From Octopus sinensis (taxonomy: Eukaryota), in assembly GCF_006345805.1 (NCBI RefSeq), contig NC_042998.1, forward strand, positions 117,738,001 to 117,802,000: DNA of 64,000 nt, given 5' to 3'. Both the position numbers and the translations under genes were made by a program. The notes below the pieces were generated by a model. It did no database searches. It saw only the letters and a list, made by a program, of their open reading frames with translations, and was not told the origin of the DNA. Of this stretch, positions 15,691 through 29,034 are shown in pieces; the first letter of the stretch is position 1; each line of letters starts with the position of its first letter.

Positions 15691-18311
15691 ATAATAATGA
15701 TAATAATAATAACAATAATAACGATAGGGGGTGTTATTCATGACCTTCTACATGCGAGAAACTTACATTTATGCACTGGAATGCGCGTATAGAGGGAAGG
15801 TAAATGTACTTGCACAATATGCAGATTTATTCATCTAATTTTCTACTAAGAATAGATGCTAATGAATCATTCTCAAGAGAATTCATTAAGACTTACATGT
15901 TGTACTATTTACTGCATAGAAAAAAATACGTATATGAAATCTCAGAAGCAACTGATATGTAGCGTATATGAGCACAATTTCTGAATATTTTATTTCTCAA
16001 ACATTCTCTACGTTGGAACATATTATCCAACACATTACATTACTCTTGATACGCACATATTTTTCAAAACCTTCCTTCTTGTATCTTTTTAGGCTTTTCA
16101 TTCTCACACTTCCATATTCTTGCTGTTTATAACGTTTTAGTTTCTCTTTTTCACCATTTATCAGACACTTCTCCACTCTATGCAGTTGTAATGTTGCATC
16201 TTTTTAGTATTATTTACAGGTGTCACTCACCCATGCTATCTTAATTGCCCCTTTAAATAAAGTAACGAAGTGCATGTTACAAGTATTTAATGTAATATAC
16301 ACAGTTATTTTTATTCGCTGTTCGTTTTTCTGATACATTTAAACTGACATAATCTAATATATTAAACAGTTAAAATGGAGAAGTATCTTATATTTTTAGC
16401 AAAGTTTGCTAGGTCTGTTCCTCTGTGCAACATAAGACCAAACTACGAATGCATTGTTAGCTTTTATTTGGAATATCTATAACAACACGAGTGATTTATT
16501 CAGGAAGATTTCACCTATATGTTTTCTATACATACATATCTATATAAATTCTCTTTCGTCTTTAATTCAAAGCCAGCAATCATTCTCCAAATGTTCGTAG
16601 CTGCGAACACGTGCATTATTCTTTTTAAAGCTGACATTCTTATTTGCGTTCTTACTGATGAAAAGTATTAATTCATAAACTATAACAGGCATTAAAAATT
16701 GCCTTTCGTGCATTGTTGAATTATCATCACAATATATATGGATGTTACATGTAGATCCCTGCTCATTTCTTTCGTTTTTCCCCTTTACTCTTATCATCCC
16801 TGTTTTACTGTAAAATATGCTTCAACTAGCAATAAATCATTCACGTGAAAATTTTCCGGCCTAAATTAATAACGAGGAGTAACGTTGAATTGTTCTTGCT
16901 GACACAATATATTAATATTAAATTGCAATATATTCACAAAGCAGTCATTGCCATTTCTCATTGATTAAAATCTCAGGTGACTTCTCTTAACACATCATTT
17001 ACATAGCTGTATTTTAATATGATGCACAAAACACTAAAATGTATTGCAATAGAACACAAAAATGTATATAACTTATCTCCGTATTTGAATGTATTGACAT
17101 TCTCAACGTCAAACGAATATATGACAATATTTGGACCTATTGTTTTCATTACGCATCATAATATAATTAGGGTTATCACTACAAAAAAATTACTGCTTCC
17201 TAATGAGTACAAATGTTATGCACAAGCCTATGTATTTCTTTTGACTTAGAAATTAAATTCAGTTTCATAGTTCATTCTAATTTTATTTCACCGGTCACTT
17301 TTCAAAACTGAACAAAAGAGAAATCACCAAATTGGTCCAGATAATTCTTTGATTTAATTTGTCATAAATAAAATAGATAAGATAAGGTATAATTACCATC
17401 ATCAATTATATCAGTTGTATTGGTGTTAGTTCTATATGTAATTTGGAAATTAAGTAAAATGCAGCTCCCAAAAATCTTAACTTTTGGGTTCGAAATTTCG
17501 ACGTTAGTTTTTGAAAAATTAAACCAGAATATTATGCTAGACTTTAAACGATAGTTTTCTGCGAAAGTTTAATGCAGAAATGCAAAACTTCAACGTGACT
17601 CTCCTGCATTCCTCCGTCAACCACAAAAGAAGTAAGACCTCATGAACGAAGATGACAAACTAATACTCTGGCCAGAGCATTGGTGATAATAATTTAAATA
17701 TTTCTTGTAACTGTAATATCAGTGTCAACATATTATACACAAATTCTACTAAAATCTATATCAGTAAAAACACGAATGTCTAGTCAGAACACTGCTGAAG
17801 CTGCCTGAACAAGGCGAACAGCACCACAACAACAAATATCATTACCGACCCTTAGTATCGTAATTAGCATTGGCGGAATTGACTACTGTAATGTGAGCAG
17901 TACGAACAGAAGGTGATTAATGAAATGCGCCATCAATCTCGATTGCAGCAACATAAACAAGATTTCAATCACGAGCGCATAAAGAAATTTGATGCAATAT
18001 CACCACATGCTAGAAATGGCAGTCATATCTTTGTAAACGCAGGGTGCTGTTCAAGAGTAAAATGATGTTATTATAATACATAGTAGATATTTTTATTGTC
18101 TCATTATGTAATAGTTTAAAAGCCTGCTGATAGGAAACGTGTTTCCAATATATCAGCACATAGTAATTTAATAGTAATGAAAATAGGTGATATGTACTAA
18201 GAGTCCATATATGCGTTGAAATGAGATAATGATAATGCACGCTATCCAACTTTTAAGAGATTCTACCTTTTAAAAATAAATCTCTTTCAACGGGTACTCC
18301 CTGAATGCAAC

Positions 18312-18445
18312 TGGCACTTATTTTATCGACCTATAAAGGATAAAACGCAAAGTCGAACTTGGCAGCATTCGAACTCAACACGTAAAGGCGGATGAAATGC
18401 CGCTAAGCATTTTTCCCAAAATGCTAACGATTCTTTTAGCTCGCA
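18312..18445 (-). mobile_element. SINE fragment (family of 28715-28930)
   Basis: ACTTATTTTATCGACC...AAAGTCGAACTTGGCAGCATTCGAACTCA is the reverse complement of the SINE head and centre. Confidence 0.7.
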
Positions 18446-20140
18446 ACCATAACGGTTGACAAATATTGATAATCGAATTATTATATGGCTTTACAATTAT
18501 ATTTGAAGTAGGTATGGAATAAAAGGGATACAATAATGTCTAATTGTATATCCGGTTTTAACCCAGATTTTCAAAAACAAAAACTAGAATTAAACAATAA
18601 GCATCTTCAAGGATGATACATTATACATATGGTTATGAAAGTAAGCTATTGAAATGTAACGGAATTCAACAAAACCAGAAGGAGAAAGAGAAATGTATAG
18701 TTAAACAAATAAAGATGGAATTTTGTAGGAAATTAAAACGTAAAAGAAAATTGTATCGTTCAAGATATTATAAATATATTTCAATATTCATTACGTAATA
18801 TATTAGATTAGCTATTTCTTTATCAGTGTGTTAGTTAATGCAATTTAGTTTTATGCCAAACATCCAGCATATTTCCAAAATTAATTTGAATATTTGTGAT
18901 AAAAAACAGTTTTAAGCAGAAGGGAAAATAGCAAACGAATATTATTGCGTTTGCTTTATATGGCTCGTTACGTATTATAGGAGATTTGAATAATAAACTG
19001 AAGTTTATTAAATCTGCCATGTTTGTGCGGTAGCATAACACATGCCATAAACAAAAATCAATAAGTCCTAATGATTTAGCTGACACAAATTTTAGATTAT
19101 ACACGGTAACTTTGTGAGTAAAATGCCAAGAACGAAACTCTTCATAAATACTTCAGCAATTTCCATAAAATGTAAGCCGTGTTATTAATATTTATTTCCT
19201 GTATTATTCTCGTTTCAGAAGATATATTCTGCCGGTTGACAGGGGAAATTTAGTCTTATTCTAAGACAAGGAGAAATCTAAAGTATGTTACGCCCAATGA
19301 TTGAGGAAATTTATGCAAGCCAAATAATATACATCGACTTCATGCAACAAACAGCAGTCATAGTTAGCTCGGTATAACGAAATAATCCAAGATAAGAATT
19401 TACTTGTAAGCTTTGAATACATTTGGCGATATAAATAAATAGTAGTACATTGATATTTCAAAACTATATTTTCAAATGTTTGTTGGTTTGAATTAAATTA
19501 ATGTTTGTTTGCTTTGATTTCGTGTTTTGCATCCAAACTATTTCGTATTATAAACGAATGCTTACTATATTTCAAATAACACGTTAGTCTGTAATGTGTT
19601 ACATAGCCATTAAAATGCGCCCATAATACATAGCACAGTGATGCATATGCGTACGTTTCCTGAGTTTAGGTGAATGCCAAGTAAATACAAATCTATAAAC
19701 TATAATGTATTGAATATGGATAAGCAATAACCTGATTTACAAGATTTATATTCAATGCATCTTTAACAGACAATAATATATACCAAGTAATAAATAAATA
19801 CGTAAAAGAAGCTCATGAATACTAAATTTGGAGAGGAATATATTCAGGTAAGTATGGCAGTCGTGCCTCTTGCAGTACTCTGACAATTGCATAGGGATAT
19901 TTTATTGCCAGTAAAATATCAGTTGCAAACATGAAATTATTGCACATGGGGAAAGAAAATTCTGGCCATTTTATACTGTAAAATGCGCTTATTGGAAACA
20001 GAGAATTAATATTCATGAACTGGAGGTATATGAAGTATAGCTACATATTTGATTGTTTTTGTCCAGAGAAAAGCAAAGTCGAACAGACATTTTATATACA
20101 TGCATGTTTACACACGCATACAAACACACATATATATATA

Positions 20141-20191
<51 letters not shown>

Positions 20192-20210
20192 AAAAAATAC
20201 ATATATATGA

Positions 20211-20264
<54 letters not shown>

Positions 20265-20664
20265 GGCGCAGGAGTGGCTGTGTGGTTAGTAGCTTGCTAA
20301 CCAACCACATGGTTCCGGGTTCAGTCCCACTGCGTGGCATCTTGGGCAAGTGTATTCTGCTATAGCCCCGGGCCGACCAATGTCTTGTGAGTGGATTTGG
20401 TAGACGGAAACTGAAAGAAGCCCGTCGTGTATATGTATATATATATGTATGTGTGTGTTTGTGTGTCTGTGTTTGTCCCCCTAGCATTGCTTGACAACCG
20501 ATGTTGGTGTGTTTACGTCCCTGTCACCTATCGGTTCGGCAAAAGAGACCGATAGAGTAAGTAATGGGCTTACAAAGAATAAGTCCCGGTGTCGATTTGC
20601 TCGACTAAAGGTGGTGCTCCAGCATGGCCGCAGTCAAATGACTGAAACAAGTAAAAGAGTAAAA

Positions 20665-20668
<4 letters not shown>
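20265..20668 (+). mobile_element. Full-length tRNA-derived SINE with an internal (TA/TG)n tract and a LINE-like tail
   Basis: A-box-like TGGCTGTGTGG, B-box-like GGTTCAGTCCC, and tail GTGCTCCAGCATGGCCGCAG...TAAAAGA repeats. Flanked by (TA)n; three other copies lie in the window. Confidence 0.9.
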
Positions 20669-20706
<38 letters not shown>

Positions 20707-20841
20707 ATTATTAGCAAGAAGTATTAATATCAAAAGGTAAACTTCGTATCCAATATAAGTCGGTTGTCTTGTATTCAGTTTTCTAAGAAAGCATCCATAA
20801 GTTGCAAATGTATAATTACACACACGCCCACTCTCACACAC

Positions 20842-20898
<57 letters not shown>

Positions 20899-21565
20899 AT
20901 ATATATATATATATTATATATATAATGTACATATGTTATTTGTGAATGAGGAACACTGCAGAAGAAGAACAGTTTAAAGGAACATAATATTTAGGTCGAT
21001 CCATTTGAGATTGCATTACCTATAATCACTGACACCAAAAGGGTAGTGTTCAATACCTTCGTAAAAATTGAGAAAACGTATGTGTCTAACGCTAACAGAT
21101 TAGCTTGTGTTAGTGATAGTGTCTTCTACAGTGCAATCGACGTAGTCTAAAGCTTATCCATATTTTGAGCAAAATATATTCTGTTTCTCCCCATGTAGCG
21201 ACAAATTCCTCTAGATTGTATTTAGCAAGTTACAGTAAAAACAAGGCGTTTCAAAAGCTATACTGTCCGGCATGACAGACAAATTTGAGGCTACTGATTT
21301 ATTGCATGCAGAAATGTCAGAGTGACATTTTGGTTATCCTCGTTGTACTTAATACGTCGCATGTTAGAGGCTATATCTTAGAAAATATTTTCATCTATTC
21401 CTAATCATGTATCACAAAAATGATCAAGACACTGACATGAATGTTCGAGATGAGCGTATATTACTTACTTACTTTGTGCGTATATTTAACCTGAACACGT
21501 CCATCCATATATTTTTGGAGAAGGTTATAACTATTTAAGACTTTCCTCAATAACATTTATTGCAT

Positions 21566-23777
21566 TTACGGAGATGTACTTGCATAGCAAGTGACCTGAT
21601 CTGAGATCGTATGCTGGAACGAAAACAATTGCGGCGTGGAAGGTGTTTATAATCCATTTAAGAAACACACAAACGCCGTTAGATTCACTTGAACATTTAA
21701 ATTTAATTTGTCAAAATGTTTTCGTCGCTTTGAGACAGTGATCTATTCAATGACAAAATTCCGTGCAGCACGGAATTTTGTCAGTGAACTGGTCATAGTC
21801 TCAAAGCGACGAATTATTTTGGCAAATTTTTGGCGAATTAGTGTAATTTTTATGAGAAGAGAGTATTTTTTGTGCGAAGAAGGTAAGAACTGTTGTTGTT
21901 TTTTCCTGTTGATACTATTGTTAAAGTGTCTCGCGCGTGTTGTTACTTGCTGCTGTTGTTTTTGTTCATTTTTCTCCCCATTAGGTGTGAGGAGTGGCGT
22001 AGCGTTATGGCAAGCTACGCGAAAACGGCTGCTGCAAAGGCAGCTACACCGTTAGAAGCCAGAAAGGTGCATGCTGAGAAAATAGAAATAACGAATGGGT
22101 TGAGCTTGGTGAAGAAGGAGGATAGCTGGTCCCTCCACAAGAGTTTACTGAAGAGAAGATTGAGAAAACGTTGGTGTACCACACGCAAGCGGTCACCGCA
22201 AATAAAATTGAAAAATTGTCAGAGGAAGACGTGGAGGGATGCCTAGGAAGTATAATGCAAAAGGAAACATTCGTAAGCAGAGGAAGGAGATATGGCACGG
22301 TGGAGGTGAGGTTTGCAACAAAAGAAGAAGCGGCCTCACACTTCGCAGCAGTCCTGAGATCGGAAAAGGTGGTGCTGTTACCTACGTATAAGGGAAGGTG
22401 CCACGTCCGGGTCAGGATAGCAAGGGTGCCACCTGATATGATGACGGAATGGTTGATAGTAGCCATCATAAAGACCACCGAAGATAGGCCAGATCTCATA
22501 GAGGTTGGGAGAACATACATGCTCAATTGGTGGGAAAGCGGAGTTGAGATGTGACTCTGCGTCATATTTGAAGATATAGAGAGTATTCCCTACCAAACAT
22601 ATATTGAAGGGGAAAATTCCCTGAATGTAATAGTAGAAGGTCGCGGACCCAATTGCCACATCTGCGATGAAAGGGGACATATAAAATTGAAGTGCCCGCA
22701 ATATATAAATAAACAGAACGAGAGGATACAGAACGTAAAAGAAGTGAAAGAGAGATAACTGGAGACGCAAGGAAGGATGGAGAGAGAAACAGAAAAGATA
22801 ATAAATAAAAACTGTGAGCTAGAAAAGGAAGATATAGAGAAAGAAACAAAAGCGACAAACGAGGGGAGCGATGGAGTCGTCAGCCCCAAGAGAAGGAAGA
22901 AGGCAAAATCAAAGGAAGTGTTACAGAAAGCGACAGCAGAAGCAGAGAAGACGGACATAAATAATATAGAGCTGCCTGAAACACATGAAGAGAAAAGACC
23001 AGAAGGTGACGAGACCAGTGAGTTTAAAAGTGAGCATAAAGGAGTCCTAATTCTTTACAAGAAACCAATATAGGTAGAGAAGAAAATATCAAAGTGGAAA
23101 AATTTGGTGAGAGTGAAACTGCCTAAATGGAGGTTCCCAGAGGAGGAAAGGTGTGTGATAGTGAGTGAGTCAGCGAGCAACGAACTGTGAAGACATTACA
23201 GAGAGTTTATGGCAGGAATGGATGGGCCTGTGTACTATAATGGAAGGCCGCTGGTTGTGGACTATACAATGCTGGAAAATTTCAAGAGTGAGCTAATAAA
23301 TTTGGAATAAATATTTTGGTGGGAAAAAATGTGAACTTTTTCTGTTCAGAAGAAAATTGTGGAATTTTTTTCGAGAATATGTTGTGAAAAAACGAATGGG
23401 GGGGGGGGAGAGAAAAGATCGTTCGAGAATGTGTTGTGAAAAAGAAGAGAAAAAACTGTCTAAATGTAACAACTCGACTTCGGGGTCGAGAGGGCATTCC
23501 GGCTCATTGTATCATCTTTTTCAAAATTCATTCTTTTCTTTTGGTTTTACTTCTTTTTTCAAATGCCTATTTTTATTATTTTTGTTCCCCGATTTTATGT
23601 TGTGTCTCGTTGTGTATTTTCAGTACGTGTTATATTTGTCTTCAAGATTTCGATGTACGCCTGTTAATAGGTAATAAAAAACCGAAAATATTTTGACAAG
23701 TTTAATTTAAATATTGAAGTGAATCTATTGTGGTATGTTTCTTAAATGGCTTATAAACACCTTCTCCGGTGAAATTG
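21566..23777. mobile_element. Head-to-head foldback element (axis 21767) whose right arm (21768-21829 + 23683-23777) is split by a retroelement
   Basis: GACAAAATTCCGTGC-A-GCACGGAATTTTGTC at the axis; both arms match the solo unit at 58459-58660. Confidence 0.9.
21830..23682 (+). mobile_element. ORF1-only (HAL1-like) non-LTR element with a degenerate gag-like ORF (~22007-23300)
   Basis: MASYAKTAA start, GRRYGTVEVRF, and VEGRGPNCHICDEKGHIKLKC zinc knuckle, followed by an E/K-rich tail. T-rich 3' UTR, AATAAAAAA end, and a 15-20 bp imperfect TSD (TATTTTGRCAARTTT). No RT. Confidence 0.8.
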
Positions 23778-24061
23778 ATTTATTGTAAATCCTGAAAGTG
23801 TATACAAAATCATAAAGACACTGTCACCTTGTGATTCTGTTTGTTTCAGGAACAATAGCACCCTTTCGCTACAGAATAGTGTCCCAGAATGTAGTCAGGC
23901 ATTTCTGGCCTCGATACGGGTATCAAGAACTGCGGAAACTCCAAGGTCCTTCACGCGGGTTACGGTTTCAAATGCATTCCTCTAATTCATCTAATTAATT
24001 TTGACCAGTTTTTCCTTCCTCACCACATCTCATTTTCAAGTTGCGTTTTCAGCAATGGTGA

Positions 24062-24112
<51 letters not shown>

Positions 24113-24149
24113 CAATATTATTATTATCATATTATTATTATTATTATTA

Positions 24150-24183
<34 letters not shown>

Positions 24184-25390
24184 TAGTCTTATTTTCATCG
24201 CGTGCTTTCAATGTATTACCGAGCGCAGTTCTGTGTGCCTTGGATATGTGCTGTGGTTTGTTGTGATACACTTATTGTTATCTATTGAAAGTGTTTTACG
24301 TAGGATGTGGGCGGTGCCTAGTAGTATTGTTTTCTGTGTGTTATACATGCTTGTTGGTGCCGGTGCTTTTGTTATCATTTTGTCTGAATAGTTTTTATCA
24401 TACCTATTATGATAGGAACTGTTTCTGTTTTTAGACTCCACATTCGAGTTATCTTCATTTCCAGGTCTTTGTATTTTCATAGTTTCTTCACTTCTTTTAG
24501 AAAGACGTTGTCATCAGTTGTTATTGATACATCGATTAGAAAGCATTTTTTCTTGATGATCACTGACAGCTACATCAGGCCTATTGACATTAATTACTCT
24601 ATCTGTGTGTATTGACATATCCCATAGTATGGTTGCTTTCTCATTTTCGTTGACCTATTCTGTTGTTATTCCGTAGTTTTGGCATAGCTTCTAGTGTATA
24701 TAGATCCCAACTTTGGCGTGTCTGTGAATATATTCCTTCTTAGCCAGGACTGGACTGCCAGAGACAATATGGTTTATTGTTTTTGTCCACCTCCACATAT
24801 TCTGCAGTTACCTATGTTTCTTTTCATTATATGTTTTTGGTAATATCTGGTGAGGAGGCTTTGGTCTTGTGCTGCAATTAAAAATCCTCCAATCTCTCCT
24901 TTTAATCCTGAGGTTCTCAGTCATTGTTGGGATTTTGCTTTGATTATTTCTTTTGCGTTTCATTTAACCCAGTATTTGCCATGAAGGGACTTTTCTTGCC
25001 ATCGTTTTAGCATGAGCCTTTGCTGTTCCAGTTTTAGTTTGGATTTTATTTGTTTTACAGCTGTTGTTGTTTCTTCTTTTCTTCATAGCTGTTAGATACG
25101 ATGACTTCTTTTTTATATTTTTCAGCTTCCTTAAAGACAGAAACCGTTTTTTGTTTTGTTCATGATTGCGGCTATTTATATTAGTTTCCCTTTCTTCTGA
25201 AGTATGTATTATTGTAGTCCTATGGTGGTTATATTGTAACAGTTTTCTAGCTATACAAGGACTCTACCACCTTCCATTCGTTGTATATATAACCTTTCGA
25301 TACAGTTCTATATTTGAGAGATGAGGAATTATGTACATCATTTACGTTATTTAGATTTCACGGATATTTGTCGTCATCTTGCTTGTTGTT

Positions 25391-25436
25391 AACACAACGT
25401 TTCGGCTGAAATACCTTCCGGCCTTCATCAGGTGTC
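25391..25436 (-). ncRNA. Minimal type I hammerhead ribozyme motif
   Basis: Reverse complement reads GACAC-CUGAUGA-A-GGC..GCC-GAA-ACGU-U^-GUGUU, with stem I GACAC/GUGUU and palindromic AACGUU in place of stem III. Confidence 0.8.
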
Positions 25437-25557
25437 TTGAAGAAATAAGCTCATGACCATATGACGTAGTAGTTAAGAGTTCAGAGTTCGGGCTACTAAC
25501 CCCAAGATTCCGATTTCGATTCCAGGCAGTGACCTGAATAATAATATAATAATAATG

Positions 25558-25642
<85 letters not shown>

Positions 25643-25706
25643 TAACAACAATTATAACATCGAAAGATACCTTAGGAATGAGAACCCAGGTTCGAAATTT
25701 CCCCAA

Positions 25707-25752
25707 GACACCTGATAAAGGCTGAAGGGTATATCAATCGAAACGTTGTGTT
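25707..25752 (+). ncRNA. Decayed hammerhead copy
   Basis: GACAC-CUGAUAA-AGGCUG..CAAUC-GAAACGUU-GUGUU; core G8 and stem II are mutated. Confidence 0.65.
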
Positions 25753-27689
25753 AACAACAAGCAAGATGTGGACAAATATCCGTCAAATGTAAATAATGTA
25801 GATATTAATCTTTCTATGTCAGATTTGAATGGTACACCTTAAATCATTAGTTTTCTGTCATTAATTTTCTTGTTTTCCTGTCTATTTTGATTAGTTCATT
25901 TAGTGTCCAGTGGAGGCTATTGTAGCTGTAACTTATAAGTGGACAGCTAGACTGTTGATACGTATTATCTTAATATTCGCATAGAGTTCTGTTTTCGTGA
26001 TTAATCTAACTCGTGTATAGTATTCTTTTTTGTATTTTTGTTATTTCATTTGTGTGTGTTATATCGTATATGGTTCCTTGATACCTAATTATTTGTATCT
26101 CTGGCTGTGGTTTTATTCTCTTATTTCATTTGTTTTCATCTAGTGTGATGTTGCTGCTCTTAACTAGGTTTCCTCTTTTCAAGGTTGCTTTGGCACATTT
26201 TTCTGAGCCAAGTTTCATGTTTATTCGTTTTAGTAAATCCATGTTCTCTCTGTAGCAATGTTTCGAGCTCATTCTGTCATTCGTTGCATACAGTTTTAGA
26301 TCATCCATTTATAAGAGGTGGCTGATGGTTTTGCTGTAGCAGTTGTATCCACATCCAGTTCTGTTTAGCGTATCAGATAGAGGTGACAGTGCCAAGCAGA
26401 AACGTAGTGGAGAACGAATGTCCCCCTGGTATATTACTCTTCTAATGTGGATAGCTTTGATTTTTATGAATCCCTCTTTTGTCTGGGGCTGTAGCACTGT
26501 CTGCCATTTTTTCGTAGAATGTGTTATATATTTTATGATTACTGATGCTACCTTGTTCATGGCTAGTGTTTTTATGATTCATGTGTTGGTAATACTATCA
26601 AGAGCCTTTCGGTAATCGATCCTGACCATACTTAGGACGTTCTTTCTGCGGCTGTCTTCAGTTATGTCTTTACTAATCATTAACTGAACTTTAGAGCCAT
26701 ATGAGCCCTTGCAGTATCCCTTCTGCTCTTTTGGAAACAGGTTGGTTTCTTCCAGATGTTTGCTCATTTTCTGCGATATTATTGCAGTAAAGACTTTGTA
26801 AATTGTGGGGAGACCAGTTATCGCTCTGTGCTGTTGTGACTTTCTGTTTCAGTGTATTTGGGGATGTGGATAGTTTTCTCTTCCGTGAGCCATTCAGGAA
26901 TTGTCACTGCAAGTATTTCATTAAATTTCTCAGCCAGCTTTTTATGTGATACTGTCACGTATTTTAACCAAAAGTTGAGGACCTTATAGTGATCGGGTGT
27001 ATTCCAGTTACTTAGTTTTTGCAGAGCCTGGGTGACCTCTTCAGTTGTTATAGGGGCCCAGAGTTGTGCAGGTGCTGAATTCATTGTCACGATACAACTT
27101 TTTTTAGGTTGTTCCTTTGCCAACCATATTTCCTTTCTAAAATTTTGCACTTCTGCTGTTGGTGCTGCATTGATCTCTATTTTGTTTTTGTTAAGTTCTT
27201 GGCCGAGGCTTTTGGCGTTGAAGTTGAACTGTTTGTTTTGATCAAAGAAACGTTGGCGTTTGTCATACCGGTGGATTCTTTGTGCTTTGGCGAGAATGTC
27301 TTCCTTTAGCTCTTCTTTTACCTCGGGTATACCTTGTTCCGTAATTTTGTATTTACAGAGTATTTTTCTTCTCCTCTTCTTGTTTAGTACTGCTGATCGT
27401 CTAAAAGTTTCATTAAGAAATGACAGATCTTTCTCTTGTTTTCTATTTTGTCTGAATATTATTTCTCCACAGGGAGGGTTTGGGTGATAGTACTCCTGTT
27501 TGGATGGTTTTGATGGAGTATCTAGCTTCTTCCATGGCCACAGCGGCTGCTGTATATATTATATCATTTAGCTTGGTGGTATTGGCATTTGTTTCTGTGA
27601 CGACCAGGTCCATGCTATTTATTATTGATGTCATTATTCTTATTCTTATTCTTATTCTTCTTATTAATATTATTAGTACCATGAAAGAA

Positions 27690-28660
27690 TCTCGGATAGC
27701 TCTTAATTTTACTTGAAAGCAGTCAACAAAAAATCACCAAAGGTTTCAAGTAGTACCTTTTCCTGTGGCTCAAAGATACAATACTCTCCTTAGAATGCAA
27801 GATGTACCCAACAATGCTGTCTTCGGGATCACCTCGAGCCTGACAGCGTTTCCAATATTCTTAATATGTTTTTCAAAGCCCTTGGAAACTTGTTCCTAAT
27901 GCTCCAATTACCAATGGTATCACCATTACTTCCCTTAAGGCCCATAAATTTCTTATTTCGTCCCGCGGTCGCACTGGTGTTTCTCAATCTTTTCTGTGTC
28001 CTTACATTTCACCTCCTATCGGCTGGTATTGCAACATCCATTATCTTCACTTCTTTTTCAGGGATGAACACGATATCTGGTCGTCTCGCATCTAGGACTT
28101 GGTTGTACTGCATGGTAAAATCTCTGAATATTTTCATTCGTTTTCCATTATTCCCTCTCATTTTTGCTCATACCATTGTTCAGCTCTCTCGAGGTTTGCT
28201 TTACCGCACGACAGCCAGTGGACATATCTGGCCACACTGTCGTGTCTTCTTTTATATTAAATTTGTGCGAGCTTACAGCACTCACTAACAATACAGCATA
28301 TACTTTCTCCCTTCTCAGAGCAGATCCTGCACTGTGGAGAGTTAGTGCTTTTATCAATGTAATACTTGGAGTAGTTTGTTCTGAGAGCTTGTTTTTGAGC
28401 GCTGGACACTAATGCTTCAGTGGACCCTTTTATGTTTCCCTTCTGCAACCATTACCAGGTTATATTCCAATCAATCTTATCTTTATTCATCAAGAACTGA
28501 GGGTGTGTTTTATTGTCCTGCTAAATTTTATTCATCCCTTCATTCTGGTCTTTCTTAAATTGTGTTAAGGTTCCCTGCATTTTCACTGTTTCAATGATTC
28601 GTTCTTTACTCCACTTGACATACCAAGCAAGTCTATTCTCTTCCCTTACACAAACTTCAA
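27690..28660 (-). mobile_element. 3' part of another R4/Dong family (CCHC + REL)
   Basis: KGSTEALVSSAQKQALRTNY, CRICSEKGESICCIVSEC and RRPDIVF on the minus strand. Confidence 0.85.
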
Positions 28661-28678
28661 AACACAATACTCAATCTA

Positions 28679-28714
<36 letters not shown>

Positions 28715-28930
28715 GGCGGCGTGCTGGCAGTATCCTTAGCACGCTGGACAGGATGCCCAGCGCTATTTCGTGCCTGTCGATATGTTTCTGAGTTCAAATT
28801 CTGCCGGGGTCGTCTTTGCCTTTCATCTTTTCAGGGTCGACACATTAAGTACCAGTGAAACACTGGGGTCCAAGTAATTGACTAATCCCTTCCCCAAAGC
28901 TGCCCTTATGGGAAAAAATTTCAAATCACT
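28715..28930 (+). mobile_element. tRNA-derived SINE with a Deu/Nin-like central domain, followed by (TAG)n
   Basis: B-box-like GAGTTCAAATTC and GCCTTTCATCTTTTCAGGGTCGACACATTAAGTACCAG core; several other copies lie in the window. Confidence 0.8.
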
Positions 28931-28934
28931 AGTA

Positions 28935-29034
<100 letters not shown>

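Larger units (their letters stand above)
25302..25806 (+). mobile_element. Composite element: inverted HHR arm + tRNA-like head + (TAA)n + HHR arm
   Basis: Inverted arms ~25345-25439 / 25704-25800. Decayed A box at 25462-25472 and B box at 25513-25523. Imperfect target duplication AACCTTTCGAT / AATCTTTCTAT in the host LINE. Confidence 0.85.
24181..27632 (-). mobile_element. Decayed R4/Dong LINE related to 11166-13874, interrupted at 25302-25806
   Basis: Colinear homology: MDDLKLYA, RRVIYQGD, IDYRKALDS and TTEEVTQALQKLSNW. The 3' end lies in (ATT)n. Confidence 0.95.

Noticed and set aside
25455-25535. Functional tRNA gene
   Set aside because: The A/B boxes are decayed and there is no clean cloverleaf; it is better explained as a SINE head.
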